Of a DNA stretch of 32,000 bases, positions 16,726 to 26,071 are shown one piece after another; position 1 is the stretch's first letter, and the number at the start of each line of letters is the position of its first letter. The stretch spans positions 240,001 to 272,000 of the forward strand of contig NZ_JAGIOS010000001.1 in the NCBI RefSeq assembly GCF_017876815.1. Reading direction: 5' to 3'. Origin of the DNA: Sinorhizobium meliloti. GTDB taxonomy: Bacteria > Pseudomonadota > Alphaproteobacteria > Rhizobiales > Rhizobiaceae. Both the position numbers and the translations under genes were made by a program. A model generated the notes under the pieces. It saw only the letters and a program-made list of their open reading frames with translations. It searched no databases and was not told where the DNA came from.

Positions 16726-19422
16726 TCAGCTCGCCGCCAGAGCTTGAACCTCGGCGACCTCGCGGCCGTTGATCGTCGCCTGTGCGGCCGCAAGTCTCGC
16801 GATCGGCACCCGGAAGGGCGAGCAGGAGACGTAATCGAGACCCGCTTCCTCGCAGAAGCGAATCGAGGCGGGATCGCCGCCATGCTCGCCGCAGATACCG
16901 AGCTTCAACCCGTTCTTGGTCCGCCGGCCCCGCTCCGCCGCGATCTGGATCAGTTCGCCCACGCCCTCGAAATCGAGCGAGACGAAGGGATCCTGCTCGA
17001 TGATGCCCTTCTGCTGATAGGTGGCCAGGAACAGCGCTGCGTCATCGCGCGAAATGCCGAAGGTGGTCTGCGTCAGGTCATTGGTGCCGAAGGAGAAGAA
17101 ATCGGCCGATTCGGCGATCGTGTCCGCCCTGAGGGCCGCCCGCGGCAACTCGATCATCGTGCCGATCAGATAATCGATGTTCACGCCAGCCTCGCCGATG
17201 ACCTCCTTGGCGACCGCCTCGATCCGCGCCTTGACGTAATCGAGCTCGGCGCGCAGGCCGACGAGCGGCACCATGATCTCGGGAACGACGGCAGCGCCGG
17301 TATCGTGGGCGGCTTGGACCGCCGCCTCGAAAATCGCTCGCGCCTGCATCTCGGCGATCTCCGGATAGGAGATTGCCAGGCGGCAACCGCGATGCCCGAG
17401 CATCGGATTGAACTCGTGAAGCGCATCGACCCGCTGACGCAGTTCCGCGGGATCAATCGTCAGCACGCGCGCAACCTCTGCGATCTCCTCGTCGGTTTTC
17501 GGCAGGAACTCGTGCAGCGGCGGGTCGAGAAGACGGATCGTGACCGGCAGGCCGTGCATGATCGAAAAGAGCTCGACGAAGTCGGAGCGCTGCATCGGCA
17601 AAAGCTTGGCGAGCGCCGTCCGGCGTCCTGCTTCGTCTTCCGCCAGGATCATCTCACGCATCACATTGATGCGGTCGTCCTCGAAGAACATGTGCTCCGT
17701 GCGGCAGAGTCCAATGCCTTCGGCGCCGAAGGAGCGGGCGGCGCGCGCATCCGCCGGCGTCTCGGCATTGGTGCGCACGGTCATGCGGCGGCTTGCGTCG
17801 GCCCATTGCATGATCTTGCCGAAGTCGCCCGAAAGTTCCGGCTGCAGCATGGGGATCTCGCCCTTCAGCACCTGGCCGGAGGAGCCGTCGATGGTGATCA
17901 CGTCGCCCTTCCGGAGCGTGACGCTCGCGGCGATCAGGAGCTCGTTTCGCTGGTCGACGCGGATGCTGCCGGCACCCGATACGCAAGGCGTACCCATACC
18001 GCGGGCGACGACCGCCGCGTGGCTGGTCATGCCGCCGCGGGTCGTCAGGATGCCTTCCGCCGCATGCATGCCGTGGATGTCTTCAGGACTCGTCTCGACG
18101 CGAACGAGAATGACCTTGCGGCCTTCCTTGACCGCCTGCACCGCCTCGTCGGAGCTGAAGACGATCTCGCCCGTGGCCGCACCCGGCGAGGCCGGCAGGC
18201 CGGAACCGATAATGTCGCGGCGGGCATGGGGGTCGATCGTCGGATGCAGAAGCTGGTCGAGTGAGGCGGGATCGATGCGCGCGACGGCCTCCTCCTTCGA
18301 GATCAGCCCTTCCTCGGCCATGTCGACGGCGATCCTCAGCGCCGACTTGGCCGTTCGCTTGCCGGAACGCGTCTGCAGCATCCAGAGCTTGCCGCGCTCG
18401 ATCGTGAACTCGATGTCCTGCATGTCGCGATAGTGGCGCTCGAGCGCGTTGCAGATCTTTTCGAACTCGGCAAAAGCCTCCGGCATCAGCTTTTCCAGGG
18501 ACGGCTTGTCCGAACCGGACGCGATGCGGGCCGCCTCGGTGATGTTCTGCGGCGTGCGGATGCCGGCGACGACGTCCTCGCCCTGAGCATTGACGAGAAA
18601 CTCGCCATAAAGCTCTTTCTCGCCCGTCGACGGGTTGCGCGTGAAGGCGACGCCCGTCGCGGACGAATTGCCGAGATTGCCGAAGACCATGGCCTGGACG
18701 TTGACGGCCGTGCCCCAGCCGGCCGGTATGCCGTGAAGGTGGCGGTAGGTGATGGCCCGCGGGTTCATCCAGCTTGAAAAGACGGCACCGATCGCGCCCC
18801 AGAGCTGGACTTCCGGATCCTGCGGGAAAGGCAGGCCGAGCACCTCCTCGATCGCCTCCTTGTAGCGCGAGATCACGTGCTGCCATTCGACGGCGGAAAG
18901 CTCCGTGTCCTGCTCATGACCGAGGCGCGCCTTTTCGTCCTCCAGAACTTCCTCGAAAACCTCGTGGTCCACCCCCATCACCACATCGCCATACATCTGG
19001 ATAAAGCGGCGGTAACTGTCCCAGGCAAAGCGCGCATCGCCGGCGTCGTGACCGAGCGCATGCACGGATTGATCGTTGAGGCCGAGGTTCAGGACCGTGT
19101 CCATCATTCCCGGCATCGAGGCGCGCGCGCCGGAACGGACCGACAGAAGCAGCGGGCGATTGGTATCGCCGAAGACGCGTCCGGTGATTTTCTCCATCCG
19201 GGTAATGCCCTCGCGGACCTGCTCGCGCAGACCCTCGGGCATGCTGCGGCCCTTCTCGAGATAGCTGTTGCAGGCAGCGGTGACGATTGTGAGCCCTGGC
19301 GGCACCGGCAGGCCGAGATTGCACATCTCCGCGAGGTTAGCTCCCTTGCCGCCCAGCCGGTCACGGTCTTCCGCGCTCCCTTCGGCCTGTCCCGCGCCGA
19401 AGGTATATACCCATTTCGCCAT
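16726..19422 (-). CDS. ppdK: Pyruvate, phosphate dikinase
   Basis: 898 aa, starting MAKWVYTFG. It has the phosphohistidine motif GGMTSHAAVVARG, the PEP-utilising C-terminal motifs (TNDLTQ, GICGE), and GGAG 8 nt upstream of the start. Confidence 0.97.
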   Translation of the reverse strand: MAKWVYTFGAGQAEGSAEDRDRLGGKGANLAEMCNLGLPVPPGLTIVTAACNSYLEKGRSMPEGLREQVREGITRMEKITGRVFGDTNRPLLLSVRSGARASMPGMMDTVLNLGLNDQSVHALGHDAGDARFAWDSYRRFIQMYGDVVMGVDHEVFEEVLEDEKARLGHEQDTELSAVEWQHVISRYKEAIEEVLGLPFPQDPEVQLWGAIGAVFSSWMNPRAITYRHLHGIPAGWGTAVNVQAMVFGNLGNSSATGVAFTRNPSTGEKELYGEFLVNAQGEDVVAGIRTPQNITEAARIASGSDKPSLEKLMPEAFAEFEKICNALERHYRDMQDIEFTIERGKLWMLQTRSGKRTAKSALRIAVDMAEEGLISKEEAVARIDPASLDQLLHPTIDPHARRDIIGSGLPASPGAATGEIVFSSDEAVQAVKEGRKVILVRVETSPEDIHGMHAAEGILTTRGGMTSHAAVVARGMGTPCVSGAGSIRVDQRNELLIAASVTLRKGDVITIDGSSGQVLKGEIPMLQPELSGDFGKIMQWADASRRMTVRTNAETPADARAARSFGAEGIGLCRTEHMFFEDDRINVMREMILAEDEAGRRTALAKLLPMQRSDFVELFSIMHGLPVTIRLLDPPLHEFLPKTDEEIAEVARVLTIDPAELRQRVDALHEFNPMLGHRGCRLAISYPEIAEMQARAIFEAAVQAAHDTGAAVVPEIMVPLVGLRAELDYVKARIEAVAKEVIGEAGVNIDYLIGTMIELPRAALRADTIAESADFFSFGTNDLTQTTFGISRDDAALFLATYQQKGIIEQDPFVSLDFEGVGELIQIAAERGRRTKNGLKLGICGEHGGDPASIRFCEEAGLDYVSCSPFRVPIARLAAAQATINGREVAEVQALAAS

Positions 19423-19485
19423 GCCTGTTCTCCACCCGAAACAGCCGTCGACCTAAAATCAGGAACGTGATCGAATCTAAGACGT

Positions 19486-19537
19486 TAGAGCGGGATGCGG
19501 GCGGAAAACCGCGCACACGTTTCCTTATCCCGATCTA
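19486..19537. repeat. Palindromic family-2 intergenic repeat in the ppdK upstream region
   Basis: TAGAGCGGGAT..ATCCCGATCTA arms flank gcgggcggaaaaccgcgc. It is related to 16395-16421. Confidence 0.6.
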
Positions 19538-19619
19538 GACCATCTACAGTATATGTTCCGGGCTGAAAATGCACTCGGCGAAGATTTTTGTTGCAGTGCA
19601 CCAAATTGCAGAGCCGCCA

Positions 19620-22600
19620 TCAGACGGCTTCGCGCAGCCGCTCTGCCGTCTGCAGGTCTACCGAGACGAGCTGCGAGACGCCCTGCTCGGCCATTGTGAC
19701 CCCGAACAGGCGGTTCATCCGGGCCATGGTAATCGGATTGTGGGTGATGATGACGAAGCGGGTCTCGGTGGAGGCCGCCATTTCGTCCATCAGGTTGCAA
19801 TAGCGCTCGACATTGTGGTCGTCGAGCGGCGCATCCACCTCATCGAGAACGCAGATCGGTGCCGGATTGGTGAGGAAGACGGCAAAGATCAGCGCCATGG
19901 CAGTCAACGCCTGCTCCCCGCCGGAAAGCAGCGTCATCGTCTGCGGTTTTTTGCCGGGCGGCCGGGCAAGGATTTCGAGCCCCGCTTCCAACGGGTCGTC
20001 GCTCTCGATGAGCTGCAGTTCCGCCGTGCCGCCCCCGAAGAGGTGGGTGAAAAGCCGCTGGAACTGCACATTGACCACATCGAACGCGGCAATCAGCCGC
20101 TCGCGGCCCTCGCGGTTGAGGTTCTGGATGGCACTCCTCAACCGGCGGATCGCCTCGATGACGTCGTCACGTTCCTTGAGCAGCGCCGCGAGCCGCTCCG
20201 AAAGCTCCTTCTGCTCCTCGTCGGCGCGCAGGTTGACGGCGCCGAGCCGTTCCCGCTCGATCTTCAGCCGCTCGAGTTCCCGTTCGACGCCGCGCATATC
20301 CGGTAGTCCTTCGTCGGAGCCGAGACCGGTAAGGCGCATCACTTCATGGGGGGCGCAGGACAGTGCTTCGAGAATGCGTGCCTCGATCTCGACACGCCGC
20401 TCCCGCGCGGAAACAAGCCGCTCTTCGGCGCGGCCGCGCTTTTCGCGTACCTCTGCCAGCTCCGAGAGCGCGGTAGCGGCCTGGCGATCCGCTTCGCGTT
20501 GATGGTTTTCCGCCTCGGCGAGTCTGTCGGCCGCCTCTCGGCGCGACGCCTCCGCCTTCTGCAGCTCGTTCATCAGCGCGCGGCGCTTGTCGTCGAACTC
20601 GTCAGGCGCATCGAGCAGTTCCTCGACCTCCTCCCGCGCCTCCGCCTCGCGCTCGCGAAGCGTCGCGATGTGATCTTCGGCGCTGGCCGCCCTCGCTGCC
20701 CAGGTCTCTCGCTCCCCGGCGATGGCCGCAAGCCGCCTGAGGCGCCCATCGTTTTCGCGTGCGAGACCGTCATGTGCAGCGCGAGCCTCGGCCGCCGCCG
20801 CACGGTCGGTCGCGACTTCGGCCGTCCGCCTGCTCAGCCGCAGGTCGAGTTCTGCAAGATCCGGCTGACCGGCAGAGGCTTCCTTGGCCGCCTCGATCTC
20901 TTCGGCGATCTCCTCGGCCTGGCCTTCGATCTGGAGCTTCGTCTCGGCAAGCACCGCGCGGCGGCGCGCCAGATCGCCGGACGCCCGCTCGGCCACCGCC
21001 AGGGCATCGCGCGCCTCGGAGAGCTGCCGTGCAAGCATGCGTTGCGCCTCGCGCGAAAGCCTTAGCCGCTCGTCCTCGGCGCGGATGCGCGCGCCGGCAG
21101 CGGCAAGATGCGCCTCCGCCTTCAGCGATGCATCGCTCGCCTCCTCCGCCTCACCTTCCAGTTCGGAAAGGCGGTTCTTCTGGGCAAGTCTCAGGCCCGC
21201 AGCACTTGGCGCTTCCGAGCCGGTGACGTGGCCGTCCCATCGCCAGACGGCGCCCTGTCTCGTCACCAGCCGCTGGCCGGCCCTGAGGAGCGGCAGCAGT
21301 CGCTCCGCCTCCCCGTCGCTCTCTACGATCCCGATCTGCCGGAGCGCTCGCCTCAGCGCCTCCGGTGCCTGGACGAAATCGATCAAAGGCAGGGCGCCGG
21401 CCGGCAATGCGGGATCTTCCGCATCGTCGCCGGGCATGCGCCAGTGCGTCGGCGCCGCCTGTTCCAGAGGCGAATCGAGGTCGTCGCCAAGAGCCGCGCC
21501 AAGCGCCGCCTCGAAGCCGCGCTCGACTTTCATCTCCTCTACGACGGCCGGATAGGTGCTGCCGCCGGCCGCCTCCAGCATGCGCCGGATCGTTCGCGCT
21601 TCCGTCTCGATGCCGTTCAGCCGCGCCCGGGCCTGGTCGACGGGCAGGCGCGCGGCGGCTTCGTCGGCGCGCGCCTCGGCGAGGCTCTCTTCGACGGCGG
21701 CGACGGCGGCCTCGGCCTCCTCCAGCGCCGCCTCCGCAAGCTCGACCTGCTCTCTCTTCTCGTCCGGATCGGGGAGTCGCGCCATCTGACCGTCAAGATC
21801 GTCGAGTTCACGCCCCTGATCCGCAAGCTGGCGTGCAAGGCGAGCCTGCCGCTCGGAGAGATCGCGTAGCGCTCTCTCGATCTGGTTGCGCGCGGCCTGC
21901 GCCTCGGCGCGCTCGGCCGTAATGCGGGCGAGACCGGCTTCGCTCGCCGCAAGCTTTTCATTGGCCTCATCGAGCCTTTCACGTGCCTGAGCGCCGCGAT
22001 CATCCGCCTCGGCCAGCACGTCCCGCAGTTCTTCCTCCTCCTGATCGAGGCGGGCGAGAATGCCGGCATTGTCGGCGATCAGCCGCTCTTCGCGGGCGAT
22101 GTCCTCCGCAAGTTGCGCCAGCCGCCGCTGCAATTCCTCACGGCGGCGCAGGATCCGGCCGGCATCCTCCTCGAGCTGGGCGCGAGCGATCTGCAGGCGC
22201 TGCAGCCCGGCAGCGAACTTCGCCTCGTTTTCACGCAGTTCCGGCAGCTTGAGGCTCGCGACGGCCTGAGCCTTGGCGGCTTCCATCTGCGCCTGCGCCT
22301 TCTCGGCGACGAGTGCAGTGATCTGGTTCAGGTGGCTGGTCGCCTCGGCCTCCGCTTCCTTGGCCTGCACCCAGCGGGTATGGAACAGGATCGCCTCGTG
22401 CCGGCGGATTTCCGCAGACAGCATCTTGAACCGGTTGGCCTGGCGCGCCTGGCGCTTGAGGCTCTCGATCTGGCTTTCGAGCTGCGAGGTAACGTCGTCC
22501 AGGCGCTCGAGATTGGTTTCGGCAGCCTTCAGCCGCAGTTCCGCCTCATGGCGGCGCGAATGCAGGCCGGAAATGCCGGCCGCCTCCTCGAGCAGCTGCC

Positions 22601-23081
22601 GGCGCGCCTGCGGCTTGGCGGCGATCAGCTCGCCGATGCGGCCCTGGCCCACCATCGAGGGCGAGCGTGCACCGGTGGACGCATCGGCAAACAGCAACTG
22701 CACGTCCTTGGCGCGCGCCTCCTTGCCATTGATGCGGTAGACCGAGCCCTGCTCGCGCTCGATGCGGCGCGTCACCTGTATCTCGTCGCTGTCGTTGAAG
22801 GCTGCGGGCGCGGTGCGGTCGCTGTTGTCCAGATACAGGCCGACCTCGGCCGTGTTGCGCGCCGGGCGGTTGCCGGATCCGGAAAAGATCACGTCGTCCA
22901 TGCCGGAGGCACGCATGTTCTTGTAGGAGTTCTCGCCCATCACCCAGCGGAGCGCCTCGACAAGATTGGACTTGCCGCAGCCGTTCGGCCCGACGACCCC
23001 GGTCAGGCCACGCTCGATGACGAATTCCGTCGGTTCGACGAAGGATTTGAAGCCGAGCAGGCGCAGCCTGGTGAATTTCAT
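19620..23081 (-). CDS. smc: Chromosome partition protein SMC
   Basis: The start MKFTRLRLLGFKSF is at 23081. Walker A GPNGCGKSN, long coiled coils, a hinge, signature LSGGE and Walker B CVLDEVDAPLD are all present. The 38 upstream codons of ORF 19620..23195 run into repeat/IS sequence. Confidence 0.95.
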   Translation of the reverse strand: MKFTRLRLLGFKSFVEPTEFVIERGLTGVVGPNGCGKSNLVEALRWVMGENSYKNMRASGMDDVIFSGSGNRPARNTAEVGLYLDNSDRTAPAAFNDSDEIQVTRRIEREQGSVYRINGKEARAKDVQLLFADASTGARSPSMVGQGRIGELIAAKPQARRQLLEEAAGISGLHSRRHEAELRLKAAETNLERLDDVTSQLESQIESLKRQARQANRFKMLSAEIRRHEAILFHTRWVQAKEAEAEATSHLNQITALVAEKAQAQMEAAKAQAVASLKLPELRENEAKFAAGLQRLQIARAQLEEDAGRILRRREELQRRLAQLAEDIAREERLIADNAGILARLDQEEEELRDVLAEADDRGAQARERLDEANEKLAASEAGLARITAERAEAQAARNQIERALRDLSERQARLARQLADQGRELDDLDGQMARLPDPDEKREQVELAEAALEEAEAAVAAVEESLAEARADEAAARLPVDQARARLNGIETEARTIRRMLEAAGGSTYPAVVEEMKVERGFEAALGAALGDDLDSPLEQAAPTHWRMPGDDAEDPALPAGALPLIDFVQAPEALRRALRQIGIVESDGEAERLLPLLRAGQRLVTRQGAVWRWDGHVTGSEAPSAAGLRLAQKNRLSELEGEAEEASDASLKAEAHLAAAGARIRAEDERLRLSREAQRMLARQLSEARDALAVAERASGDLARRRAVLAETKLQIEGQAEEIAEEIEAAKEASAGQPDLAELDLRLSRRTAEVATDRAAAAEARAAHDGLARENDGRLRRLAAIAGERETWAARAASAEDHIATLREREAEAREEVEELLDAPDEFDDKRRALMNELQKAEASRREAADRLAEAENHQREADRQAATALSELAEVREKRGRAEERLVSARERRVEIEARILEALSCAPHEVMRLTGLGSDEGLPDMRGVERELERLKIERERLGAVNLRADEEQKELSERLAALLKERDDVIEAIRRLRSAIQNLNREGRERLIAAFDVVNVQFQRLFTHLFGGGTAELQLIESDDPLEAGLEILARPPGKKPQTMTLLSGGEQALTAMALIFAVFLTNPAPICVLDEVDAPLDDHNVERYCNLMDEMAASTETRFVIITHNPITMARMNRLFGVTMAEQGVSQLVSVDLQTAERLREAV

Positions 23082-23138
23082 GAGGAGCACGCCGGGGCAG
23101 CGACAAGCCGGCACCCCCCTCTGCCCTGCCGGGCATCT

Positions 23139-24326
23139 CCCCCGCAGGGCAGGGGAATCGCATTTAGCAAATAAGCGGTTGTTTTGTTGCGGCAAATCGA
23201 TTCTTGGAGTTCTCCGCTGACTTGGAGGTCTCGATGAGTAGATTTGCCGCTTGCTTTGAAGATTTGCCCGATCCGCGCGGTCGCAATGCGCGCCATCCGT
23301 TGACGTCGATCCTGTTCATTGCCGTTGCGGCGATTGTCTGCGGTGCGGAAAGCTGTACCGATATGGCCGATTTCGGCGTTGCCAAGAAGAAATGGCTGAA
23401 GACAATCGTGCCGCTGCCCTATGGCATTCCCAGCCATGACACCTTCTCCACCGTCTTCCGCCATCTCGATCCGGATGCCTTTGACGCGGCCTTTCGCCGT
23501 CTCACGGCGAGCTTTGCGCAGGGTCTCGAAGGGGTGGTAGCGATCGATGGCAAGGCGGTGCGCGGTGCCTACCGGCGCGCCGCCAAGGCCACGCCACTCC
23601 ACTTCGTCAATGTCTGGGCTGCCGGTCCCGGTCTGGTCATCGGCCAAAAGCTCGCGCCGGGCCGCAATGAGGTGCAAGGGGCTCTCGATGCGCTCGCGCT
23701 GCTGGCACTGGAGGGCTCTATCGTCACCGCCGATGCCCTGCATTGCCGGCCCGACACCGCCCGCGCCATCCTCGCTGCCGGCGGCGATTATGCTCTGGCA
23801 CTGAAGGCCAACCAGCCCGGCCTCTTGGCCCAGGCGCTCGCCCGCATCGAGGACGCCGACCACGTCGAGAGCATCCAGATTGCAGCCGAGACTGCCCATG
23901 ACCGCACCGAGACACGCCGCGCCAGCGTTGTGGCTGTCGACGATATCAACTTTCCGGGCCTGCAGGCCATCGGCTGCGTCGAGACCACAAGCCGTCATAC
24001 CAACGGCCATTTGACCAGCCATGTCCGCTACTTCCTGCTCTCCACCACCATGTCGCCGAGCGCGCTGATCGAGGTTGTAAGAACCCATTGGCAAATCGAA
24101 AACAAACTGCATTGGGTTCTGGATGTCCACTTCCGCGAGGACGCCGCCAGAAACCGCAAGGACAACGGCCCTCAGAACATTGCCTTCTTGCGCAAGATCG
24201 CTCTCAACCTCTTGCGATCTCACCCCGACAAGGCCTCCATCCGCCGGAAAATCAAAAAGGCGGGCTGGGATGACCAATTCCTCACTTCTCTTATCGCTCA
24301 TATGCGATAGCCCTGCCCCGCAGGGG
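23139..24326 (+). mobile_element. ISAs1-family insertion sequence (about 1.19 kb)
   Basis: A single transposase gene is flanked by about 25-bp imperfect inverted repeats. The left is ccccgcagggcaggggaatcgcat (23140-23163). The right, reverse-complemented, is ccccctgcggggcagggctatcgcat (24302-24326). There are 4 mismatches by hand alignment, and I could not see a clear target duplication. Confidence 0.8.
23234..24310 (+). CDS. ISAs1-family (H-repeat type) transposase
   Basis: GGAGG upstream of the ATG at 23234. Motifs match E. coli H-repeat/YhhI-type proteins: DPRG..H.L..IL..AV.A..CGAE...D...FG, AIDGK..RG, TADA..C, GGDY, and HW.IENKLHW.LDV.F.ED. Confidence 0.92.
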   Translation: MSRFAACFEDLPDPRGRNARHPLTSILFIAVAAIVCGAESCTDMADFGVAKKKWLKTIVPLPYGIPSHDTFSTVFRHLDPDAFDAAFRRLTASFAQGLEGVVAIDGKAVRGAYRRAAKATPLHFVNVWAAGPGLVIGQKLAPGRNEVQGALDALALLALEGSIVTADALHCRPDTARAILAAGGDYALALKANQPGLLAQALARIEDADHVESIQIAAETAHDRTETRRASVVAVDDINFPGLQAIGCVETTSRHTNGHLTSHVRYFLLSTTMSPSALIEVVRTHWQIENKLHWVLDVHFREDAARNRKDNGPQNIAFLRKIALNLLRSHPDKASIRRKIKKAGWDDQFLTSLIAHMR

Positions 24327-24334
24327 GGGGCAGT

Positions 24335-24475
24335 CGGAACCTGCCGGCGAAAACCAAGCCCCATCAGCCGATGCGCACGAAGTTCATTCCAGAGCTTGAC
24401 CTCCGCCTCCGTCATGCTGTTGCGCATGCGGCGCGCGCTGCCGCGAACTTCCGGCGATACGTCAGCGTGAGGCAT
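24335..24475 (-). pseudogene. DUF559 (Vsr-like endonuclease fold) gene fragment, truncated by the IS
   Basis: MPHADVSPEVRGSARRMRNSMTEAEVKLWNELRAHRLMGLGFRRQVP matches the N-terminal third of rhizobial DUF559 proteins. The frame then enters the right IS inverted repeat. The remaining 418 codons of ORF 23078..24475 are antisense to the transposase. Confidence 0.7.
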
Positions 24476-24501
24476 GGCGAAACCTCACTGGCTGCCCAAC
24501 A

Positions 24502-24536
24502 CAAAAAACGGGCGCACGGCTGCTGCCGTCGCCCGT
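24502..24536 (-). terminator. Rho-independent terminator after the dsbA-like gene
   Basis: The minus strand reads acgggcg..cgcccgt as a stem, followed by TTTTTTGTG, about 20 nt after the stop at 24556. Confidence 0.75.
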
Positions 24537-24555
24537 CGGAATCAAAAGCGAAGGA

Positions 24556-25365
24556 TCAGAGCTTGCTGTCGATGAGGGCCGACATAACGTCAACCGACAT
24601 GTCCCCCGAATAGTGCTCACCGTTGACGAAGAAAGTCGGCGTCGATTTGACCCCGAATTCCTTGGCGCCCCTCTGCATGACTGCATTCACATCATCCAGA
24701 AGTTTCTGGTTCGTCAAGCAGGCCTCGAAGCTCTCCTGTGTAAAACCGGCGAGTTTCGACAATTGCAGGAGTGCATCGCGGCCGTTCTGTGCAGCCGCCC
24801 ACTGCTCCTGCTGTTTGAACAGCATGGAAACCATCGGGAAATACTGCCCCTCCGGTGCACAGCGCGCCAGCATGAAGGCGGCTGCCGCGCGCGGATCGAA
24901 GGGGAATTCGCGGACGATGAAGCGTACCTTGCCGCTGTCGATGTACTTCGCCTTGATCGCGTCGAAGGTATCGTTGTGGAAATTGGCACAATGCGGGCAG
25001 GTCATCGACATGTATTCGACGATGGTGACCGGCGCATTGGCTTCTCCGAGCGCCATTTCCGGCAGCGCTCCGGGCTCCAGGAGCTTCGCCATGTCGACGC
25101 TGCCCTCCGACTTCGGCAACTCGACCTTGGCGGCTGGGGTAGAGGCCTGCGCCACCTCGGTCGCGGGCTTCGCCACGCTCGCGGCGGCAGGCGCCTGAGA
25201 CGTCGAGGCGGTGGTCGTCGCATCGGTGCTCGCCGTGGTCTCGGCGGGCGTCGTTGAAGCCGCCTCCTTCTTTTCATCGCTGCAGGCTGCGAGCGCCATA
25301 GCGAGCGCTGCAACGGCGACGCCGCTCAGCAGGCGTTTCGGAAGGCTTGTTTGGGAAGCGGACAT
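24556..25365 (-). CDS. DsbA-family thiol:disulfide oxidoreductase lipoprotein
   Basis: The start MSASQTSLPKRLLSGVAVAALAMALAACS has a lipobox. An Ala/Thr-rich linker follows, then a thioredoxin fold with CPHC. The track start at 25437 is TTG and adds a non-signal-like extension. Confidence 0.88.
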   Translation of the reverse strand: MSASQTSLPKRLLSGVAVAALAMALAACSDEKKEAASTTPAETTASTDATTTASTSQAPAAASVAKPATEVAQASTPAAKVELPKSEGSVDMAKLLEPGALPEMALGEANAPVTIVEYMSMTCPHCANFHNDTFDAIKAKYIDSGKVRFIVREFPFDPRAAAAFMLARCAPEGQYFPMVSMLFKQQEQWAAAQNGRDALLQLSKLAGFTQESFEACLTNQKLLDDVNAVMQRGAKEFGVKSTPTFFVNGEHYSGDMSVDVMSALIDSKL

Positions 25366-25475
25366 GGACAGGACCCGTGTTCTACTCGAGGGAAATTGAA
25401 GCGTGATTTCGATAACTTGCCACGTGCGGGGCGACAAGAGGGGGTGTTTCGACAGCGTTCAAACAATTGTGACCG

Positions 25476-25982
25476 TCATCGCCGCTGCGTCGACAGAACG
25501 GCAGTGCCGAGCCGCTTGAGCGCCGCCTTCAACGCCTCGCTTTCGACGCCTTCCATCATGGTTTCGAGCCGCCGGGCAGCCTCGCCGACAAGGGGCGGCG
25601 GGCGGCTGTAGCGCTTGGGCGGCGGTGCGACCGGCTTCTGGACGATGCGCAACTGGCCGATTGCGTGGAAACCGAAGAAGCCGTTGATGCGCTGGATCAG
25701 CTCGCCCTGGGCATGAGTCAGGAAAAGCGCCCGGGCGCCTTCGCACGCGACCGTCAGCACACCCGGCTGGTAGCGGCCTTCGCCGGCGATTTCGGAAGCG
25801 CGGCGCGGCCAGGCAATTCTTTCCGGCCGGGTGCAATCGGCAAACTCCGCGCCCGCGATTTCGTCCCACGAGCCGAGCAGCATCGTGTTGATGCCGGCAC
25901 GCTTCGCCAGCACCGGATCGATCAGGCCGTTGGCAACTTCGCTGATCTGAACGACGCCCTTTCGGGTCTTTCTCTCACTCAC
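25476..25982 (-). CDS. DUF721-domain protein (DciA-type helicase-operator family)
   Basis: The DUF721-like core (W..I.G......T.P..........L.V.......A..L......L..RIN) is divergent from mutY, as in many alphaproteobacteria. The start is uncertain; I chose the GTG at 25982 (MSERKTRKG..). Confidence 0.7.
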   Translation of the reverse strand: MSERKTRKGVVQISEVANGLIDPVLAKRAGINTMLLGSWDEIAGAEFADCTRPERIAWPRRASEIAGEGRYQPGVLTVACEGARALFLTHAQGELIQRINGFFGFHAIGQLRIVQKPVAPPPKRYSRPPPLVGEAARRLETMMEGVESEALKAALKRLGTAVLSTQRR

Positions 25983-26071
25983 GGAACGACTTTCTGTTTG
26001 CAATTTCGATCGAACCTTGCGGCTCAAGCCGGCATCGGCCAAGTATAGGCCGCAAAAGGACCTCCCGGCAA

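Noticed and set aside
19620-23195. N-terminal extensions in the ORF track. Examples: smc from 23195, the channel from 12277, betA from 1533, cysD from 5006, the MBL gene from 13329, ccrM from 29233, the HAD genes from 27153 and 30109, the dsbA-like gene from 25437, and the lipoproteins from 8787 and 16071.
   Set aside because: The extensions overlap upstream genes or repeats, have non-protein-like composition, or use TTG/GTG starts. Internal ATGs with Shine-Dalgarno sequences and canonical N-termini or signal peptides fit better.
23164-23233. Possible outward-facing promoter in the left end of the IS that could drive smc (CTAAAT -10-like hexamer on the minus strand).
   Set aside because: No acceptable -35 hexamer lies at 16-19 nt spacing, so I cannot support a promoter call from sequence alone. 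The question is kept inside the IS/smc finding instead.
23078-24475. 465-aa minus-strand ORF spanning the whole IS.
   Set aside because: It is a chimera. Only its first 47 codons resemble a real protein (DUF559). The rest is antisense to the ISAs1 transposase and then runs through the GC-rich repeat. It is annotated instead as a truncated pseudogene plus an IS.
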